Source of the DNA: Chthoniobacterales bacterium
GTDB taxonomy: Bacteria > Verrucomicrobiota > Verrucomicrobiia > Chthoniobacterales > Chthoniobacteraceae
Assembly (NCBI GenBank): GCA_038207335.1
Contig: JBBQZX010000001.1
Coordinates: forward strand, 96,001 to 160,000
Direction of reading: 5' to 3'
DNA length: 64,000 bases
In this document: piece by piece, positions 59,601-64,000 of the stretch
Numbering within the stretch: position 1 is the first letter of the stretch
How the letters are laid out: the number at the start of each line of letters is the position of its first letter
Made by a program: the position numbers and the translations under genes
Notes under the pieces: model-generated
Database searches by the model: none
Told to the model about the DNA's origin: nothing
What the model saw: the letters and a program-made list of their open reading frames with translations, nothing else

Positions 59601-62600
59601 GGCCAGTGGGGATGGCAAAACCGGTCATATTAGTGCCGACGGTGAGGGTCGCAGTGCGCAGATTCGTGGTGCCGCGCGGCTCGCCGCCGATGCTCGCGCC
59701 GTGATTGACGACGCCGCCTTTGTCCCGGCCGTTGGGCCCGGTGCCGATGGCCGGGGAGCCCGGGAGGAGGCTGAACCAGTCGCGCATCACCTGCGCCTCG
59801 GCAAATGTGGCGAAGTTCGTTTCGGAGACGTCGGGGACGTGCTTGAAGCGGGGGTTGGCGACCGTGTTTCCGCTGCCGGGGCCGCTCCACGCAAAGGGGA
59901 GCAGGTTATTGTTGAAAGTCAGGACACTAGTGAGCGGTGGAGAGTAGGTGCGGGCGAGTGCTTCCACATCGTCGATGATATTTCCCTCCACATAGGTACC
60001 GACGCCCTGCGCAATGCCGTCGTCTGCGAGGTTAATCACGCCGCCGCGCGTTTCGGTGCCGCCAGTGCGGTTTTGATGCACCATCGTGTTGTTGAGCATC
60101 GTGAAGAAGTTGCCCTCCTTCGCCGTAATCATGCAGTCGCAATCGAAGAAGATGTTTCCGATGATCGTGATCTCGGATTTGTTGTTGACGGTCCCTTGAT
60201 CTTCGCCGCCAGAAACGGGGCTCGAGGTGTCAGGTGACCCATTTTTATGGCTGTGCAAAAAGATGTTTCCCTCGATCCATGCGTCCGTTCCGTCGAGGTC
60301 GAGAATGTCGTCCGTCGAGCCCATGAAGACGTTGTTGTAAAACTGAACGAGCGGCTCATTGGGGCGACTTCCGCCGGTAAAATCGATGATGTCGCTGTAG
60401 CCGCTGGAGATGCCAAAGTAGCTGTCGCGTACGATGCCGTAGCCGCCGGCTTTCACCCCGCCGACGCCGTGAACGGGCTCGAAAGCAGCAGTGGTATTGG
60501 GGAAGGTGCAGTTACTGACGAGGAAGCTGCTGGAGTCGAGGTGCAGGTAGGAGGTGGCTGTGCTGCCGAAGGTGAGGTGGTCGAGATAAACGGTGGCGTT
60601 CGAGCAGAGGATTTGCGGCGAGCCTCCGGCGAAATCGAGGTGCGCGTAGGCGATGCGGGTCTCCGGAGAACCGGCTGCGCCATTGATCTGAATGCTACCC
60701 CAATTCGTCGTCGCCCCGGGAGTGCGCGTGAAATGAATCGGCGCGCCTTCCGTCCCCTCAGCGAGCAATCGCCCACCATTGGCGACGACGAGATTCACGC
60801 CTGTGTTGAGATAAACGACCGTGCCCGGCTGGATGGTGAGCGTCGCGCCGCTAGGAATCGTCGCAGTGGCCGTGACGTTGTATGGCCCGCCTGCTGCCGT
60901 CCAAGTCGTAGCGCCAGTGATGCTGCCGCTGACCGAGACGACCGATGCGTCGTCATACCAGATTTCCTGAATCGCACGATCGGTCTCCGCGCCGGTGGAG
61001 TTGAAGGACTGAATGAGGATGCGGTTCGTGCCGGGCGTGAGCGTCACGCTCGCGGCGGTCCACTGCGCCTGCCATGCGCTCCATGTCGCCGCGACGCCGT
61101 TCACTTTCACGGATGCTGTGGTGATCGCGCTGGCTTTGCCGATCAGTTTGATGTGGCTCGGGTCGGCATTCGTGACATTTGCGGGCGTGGTCGCGGCGCG
61201 AGGCGCAACGCTGATCGTGAAGCCACTCTGCGTGGGCAACGCTGTGCCTGTCAGGGTTTGCGTGTTGGTCACGGAGACGTTCAGCGGGACTAGAGAGGCA
61301 ATGTAAGCGGTGCGTGCGGTCTGGAATGTCTTGATGCTGGTGATCTGCGCGGTGGGGACGACGCCGGTCAGGATTTGGTCGACGAGGGGATTGAAGTTCG
61401 CGGGAGCGAAAGCCCCGTCGAGGAGGCTTTTCAATTGGCCGTAGTAGATTCGTGAGAAGGCTGGGGTCTTGAAAAACGCGTTCATCGGCGTCGGGCCGTT
61501 GGCGGTCGCGTTGTCCTTTTGAATCATGCGGAAAAGGCCGTGCTGGGTCGGCGTCGGCACGTTGTCTCCCTGCCCGCAAATCGTGTCCAAGTCGTAAGGG
61601 ATGAATTTCGCGCGCGGATCGAGGACGCCGAAATAGAGGTAGTAGTCGTCGCCGTAGCCAGAGGAGATGTTCGTCTCGCTATTGTCCACGAGCGTCTCGG
61701 TGGCGAAAAAGCGCGCCCATTCCGCGACATCGACCTTTGCCTGAATTGAGGAGACGTAATCAGCTTCGTCGATGGCGTAGGTGACGTTGTAAGCCGCGTC
61801 GGAGCGTCCTTTTGCCAGCGCCTGCGTGAGGCCGATCAGGTCCGTCCATTTGTCCTCGCTGGCATTGGTCTTCTTGAAAAAGACCGTGCGATACGGGTCG
61901 GGCGGCAACTGCCCCGCGACCGGAGCCTGGTATTCGAGATAGGCGTCGGACATCGTGTTCGCGGGCGGAGCGACATCGGTTCGATTTCCACGGTAGATAT
62001 TTCCGGAGCTATCGAGCGGAAAATGATGATCCGCGAACTCGCTGTTCTGGACTTCATTCGCGACGTAAAAGCCGTAGCTGGGCGACCCGCTGCTGGAGTG
62101 ATCGAGCGCATTCCACCGCACCTGCACCTGACGCGAGTCCGGAGTGGCAAGCCCGGCTTGGCGGAAAAGCGCGCTGCCGAAAAGCTGCGAATGCGTCGTT
62201 TGTGTGTTGAGATTGAGCGCGGTCAGATTTTTCCAAGTGTGCGCATTTTCGAAGCTGACATTCAGGCTCTGCGGCAACGCGGACCGGCTGCCGTGGCCGC
62301 GGTTGCGAGTGCCGACGAGGTAGCGAAGTTCACTGCCAACGCCGTCGCGCGTGACCCACGTCGTGTTCATTTTCGCGTGGCTCAACGTCTGGTCGCTGGT
62401 GGAAAATGGCGCAACTGGCGTGTTCGCGTTGATCTGAACGAGTTCCGCCTTGTCCACGGCGCGCATGATGACTTTGTACAACGGCTCGGCTCCGGCGTAC
62501 GCCGTCTCATCGACTTGATAAAGGCAGTTCGTAAACTGCCCGGCTGTGCCTGCGGAGTTGATCGCCGGGGCTGGCCATGTGCGGATTTTGGCGCCCGCAT

Positions 62601-63492
62601 CCTGCGCTGAAATATAAAATTCCACGATCGTCTTGTCCGCCTTTGGCGGGAGGGACGCGCCAAAAACGTGGTCGCTCGCGAGGGCATCGCCATGCGCCCC
62701 ATCGTCAAACATCGGAATCGAACTCCATGTCGCGACGCCGTCGTTGCGATAGAAAAGGGTGGCGCTCACGCCGCTGGGCTGCTCGTCGGTGATGGTGGCC
62801 GTGACGATGACTTGATCGGTGTGCGTCGGCACTAGCGGAAAGTGTGCGACATCTAGAATGACGGGCGCGATGTCGTTCGCGGCGATGCTGTTCACGGCGC
62901 CCGGTGTGCCGCCGTGGATCGTGAGGGTGCCGGCCACGCTCGCGCCCCAGTTTTGCCCGACGTCGTTACCGATGGCGGGATTGGGATTGATGAGCTCGAG
63001 CGACTTCCCGTCACCGTCCGCCGAGCTTTGCCAGCCCCAGCCTTTGTGTCCGTAATCCGCGACGACGTCCTGCTTTCGCACCGCCCAATCGCCGTCATCA
63101 GCGTAGCTCACTTCGTCGCGTTTCAAGCCGAGATTATCGTCAAGCTCGATGCGGTTCGCACTGTTGCTGAGCTGGCCGGTCCAGCCGCCGACGTAGTTCG
63201 CCACACTGGGATAATCTGCATGAAAGACAGCGCTGTTTGCCGCCACGACGAGGTATCCGCCCGCCGCGATGGTCGTGCCATTTGGAAAAGTGAACGCGAC
63301 TCCATTTGTGAATTTCCATCCGCTCAAATCGACCGCGACTCCCGCTGGATTATAGAGTTCCACCCACTCCTCGGTCGTCAGCTCGGATGGCGGGTGATAC
63401 ATGATCTCGCTGAGCATCACTTCGGCGCGCGCTTCGGTGGCGAGGCTGGCGGAGAAGATCGCGAGGAGAAGAAGGCGGAGGATATTGCGCAT
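56647..63492 (-). CDS. Secreted multi-lamin-tail-domain / CotH-kinase-like protein with beta-helix and C-terminal DxDGDG + Ig-like module
   Basis: Signal peptide MRNILRLLLL; LTD starts (LSEIMYHP, INEVIA, INEWL, LNEVLA, VNEWLA); MFDDGAHGD; CotH-like RNRGHGSR...DDYYLY...IPYDLD; right-handed beta-helix region. Confidence 0.85.
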   Translation of the reverse strand: MRNILRLLLLAIFSASLATEARAEVMLSEIMYHPPSELTTEEWVELYNPAGVAVDLSGWKFTNGVAFTFPNGTTIAAGGYLVVAANSAVFHADYPSVANYVGGWTGQLSNSANRIELDDNLGLKRDEVSYADDGDWAVRKQDVVADYGHKGWGWQSSADGDGKSLELINPNPAIGNDVGQNWGASVAGTLTIHGGTPGAVNSIAANDIAPVILDVAHFPLVPTHTDQVIVTATITDEQPSGVSATLFYRNDGVATWSSIPMFDDGAHGDALASDHVFGASLPPKADKTIVEFYISAQDAGAKIRTWPAPAINSAGTAGQFTNCLYQVDETAYAGAEPLYKVIMRAVDKAELVQINANTPVAPFSTSDQTLSHAKMNTTWVTRDGVGSELRYLVGTRNRGHGSRSALPQSLNVSFENAHTWKNLTALNLNTQTTHSQLFGSALFRQAGLATPDSRQVQVRWNALDHSSSGSPSYGFYVANEVQNSEFADHHFPLDSSGNIYRGNRTDVAPPANTMSDAYLEYQAPVAGQLPPDPYRTVFFKKTNASEDKWTDLIGLTQALAKGRSDAAYNVTYAIDEADYVSSIQAKVDVAEWARFFATETLVDNSETNISSGYGDDYYLYFGVLDPRAKFIPYDLDTICGQGDNVPTPTQHGLFRMIQKDNATANGPTPMNAFFKTPAFSRIYYGQLKSLLDGAFAPANFNPLVDQILTGVVPTAQITSIKTFQTARTAYIASLVPLNVSVTNTQTLTGTALPTQSGFTISVAPRAATTPANVTNADPSHIKLIGKASAITTASVKVNGVAATWSAWQAQWTAASVTLTPGTNRILIQSFNSTGAETDRAIQEIWYDDASVVSVSGSITGATTWTAAGGPYNVTATATIPSGATLTIQPGTVVYLNTGVNLVVANGGRLLAEGTEGAPIHFTRTPGATTNWGSIQINGAAGSPETRIAYAHLDFAGGSPQILCSNATVYLDHLTFGSTATSYLHLDSSSFLVSNCTFPNTTAAFEPVHGVGGVKAGGYGIVRDSYFGISSGYSDIIDFTGGSRPNEPLVQFYNNVFMGSTDDILDLDGTDAWIEGNIFLHSHKNGSPDTSSPVSGGEDQGTVNNKSEITIIGNIFFDCDCMITAKEGNFFTMLNNTMVHQNRTGGTETRGGVINLADDGIAQGVGTYVEGNIIDDVEALARTYSPPLTSVLTFNNNLLPFAWSGPGSGNTVANPRFKHVPDVSETNFATFAEAQVMRDWFSLLPGSPAIGTGPNGRDKGGVVNHGASIGGEPRGTTNLRTATLTVGTNMTGFAIPTGPWPLGSGFTKYQWKLDSGAFSSETPIGTPISLSGLANGPHTVTVIGKNDVGLYQNDSKLGPDGTVTISKTWTVDPTYVAPPAPGVRINEVIAKNTESVPVGSPATYPDAIELYNPSATATVLVGLVLTDGGTPPNTFTFPAGTPDLAPGAFRVIYADTDIAAGHTGFGIKQSGDSVTLKSSTGVVIDTISFGAQLADYSIGRRSTDAAWDLCVPTFGSANIVAAQSPSVGVQINEWLTDERVGTDFIELFNPASLPVNIGNHYLTNNPVENITVSPLSPLTFIAPSGYVSFKADSDPQQGADHLAFKLTPTQGEIGFFDPAQNLIDSIVYGSQSTDVSEGRTPNGTSTFAFFNQPTPGAPNPGVVGGGGGGTTTVHLVPANQTWRYYVGVTAAPPNDAQSRPFTDSLFTDTSWNGPSQQLLYIENAALTNGDGFTKASALPGFGAARPYQTYYFRTHFTYSGALNGVTLNATLMLDDGCVLYLNGQEITPTAGRVGMASGTVAWSTLANRTQGDAAPESVILPASQLVVGDNVLVAEVHQADTQSSGSGSSDIVWGMKLDADVPVAGAGNSLVLNEVLALHTTAPNPDGSLLGWIELHNTSGSSIDISDVSLTDNVSSPRKWIAPASTIIPSDGYLVLQTDALAAPSATNAGFGLSPAGGGVFLFRKIAEGGGLEDSVTFGQQLPDLAVGRVANGVGPFVLTLPSRGGTNVAAGLGSVTAVKVNEWLANPSTPPGFFELYNTSAQPILLSGNFLTDNLTKRDKFQIPALSFIGGAGTSRWQAYIADNDTSGAPGHVNFALNPSGEAIGLFSASGTQIEAISFGPQSLGISGGRFPDGTATIADLMPTPGAANVQASTDTDHDGIPDAWELAHGLNPNDPNDGALDADGDGQSNLSEYLAGTDPQNPADRLTVAITSPAPGQTHIKFTASANNGYTIQYKAALTDATWIKFTDIAPQASAHAVDVTDATPSLTQRFYRVVTPIQP

Positions 63493-63698
63493 GAGATGGG
63501 GTCCGGGCGAACTCTGCACGCATCGAGACGCGCGGAATCAGTGGGGTGAATTTCAGCGTAAACCGGACCAGACGATGCGAAAGGAGAGATGCAATGACAG
63601 TTGCGTCACCGGCGTCGTTGCTGCCACGCAATCATTTCAGATATTTCACGCGAATTCTTCAGAAGCTGTGGCTAATTAGTGTCAGTTACTTTCCCTCC

Positions 63699-64000
63699 AT
63701 GATTCCCCGCTCTGTCCGGCTTTTGGTCGCGTTAGCCACCGCGTTCGTTTCCCTACACGTCGTGGCGCAGGTGCCGCGGGTCTATTTGAAATTCGATGGC
63801 ACCCTCGCCGACTCGTCATCGGCTCCCGTCCTGACGAGCATCAATCCAAGCGCCGGTTGGACGCCGACGTACGGCATCGATCGCAACGGTGCGGCTGGCA
63901 AGGCACTCGATATTTCCGCGGGATCGCGGAGCCTCCAGCTCATCTCGTCGGCGAATTTCGGGAACTCGAATCTCGCCCTCGGCCTGCGCAACTCGATCGG
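63699..64000 (+). CDS. Secreted LamG-like protein, 3'-partial
   Basis: MIPRSVRLLVALATAFVSLHVVA signal; YLKFDGTLADSS; DRNGAAGKAL; open to the window end. Confidence 0.7.
   Translation, partial: MIPRSVRLLVALATAFVSLHVVAQVPRVYLKFDGTLADSSSAPVLTSINPSAGWTPTYGIDRNGAAGKALDISAGSRSLQLISSANFGNSNLALGLRNSI

Overview
GC-rich bacterial chromosomal window. It is very probably Verrucomicrobiota (Chthoniobacter-like), inferred from PVC-type cytochrome c/DUF1501/DUF1552 gene pairs, PEP-CTERM beta-helix proteins and lamin-tail/CotH proteins. Housekeeping genes (birA, nadC, sucB, rsmD, waaA, ctpA, tsaD, a lipid kinase, AsmA) alternate with very large secreted proteins: two PEP-CTERM proteins, three lamin-tail-domain/CotH-kinase proteins and a 1925-aa TPR protein. 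A decayed ~8.5 kb integrative element sits in tRNA-Glu(TTC), with att repeats at 34261-34285 and 42769-42794. It carries an integrase stub, two intact host-type cargo genes, gene remnants, and a pseudogenised WGR-DNA-ligase plus beta-clamp-paralog module. The most unusual unexplained structures are four. (i) Three diverged copies of a ~50-bp repeat divide the island into cassette-like modules. (ii) Twin hairpins with an identical CTCACC loop precede the ligase and clamp genes. (iii) Two apparently related 21-bp tandem arrays, one a head-to-head palindrome, each lie just downstream of a giant LTD-CotH gene. (iv) Kb-scale C-rich to G-rich strand-skew switches centre on those two arrays. All family assignments come from motif recognition by eye; no database searches were run.
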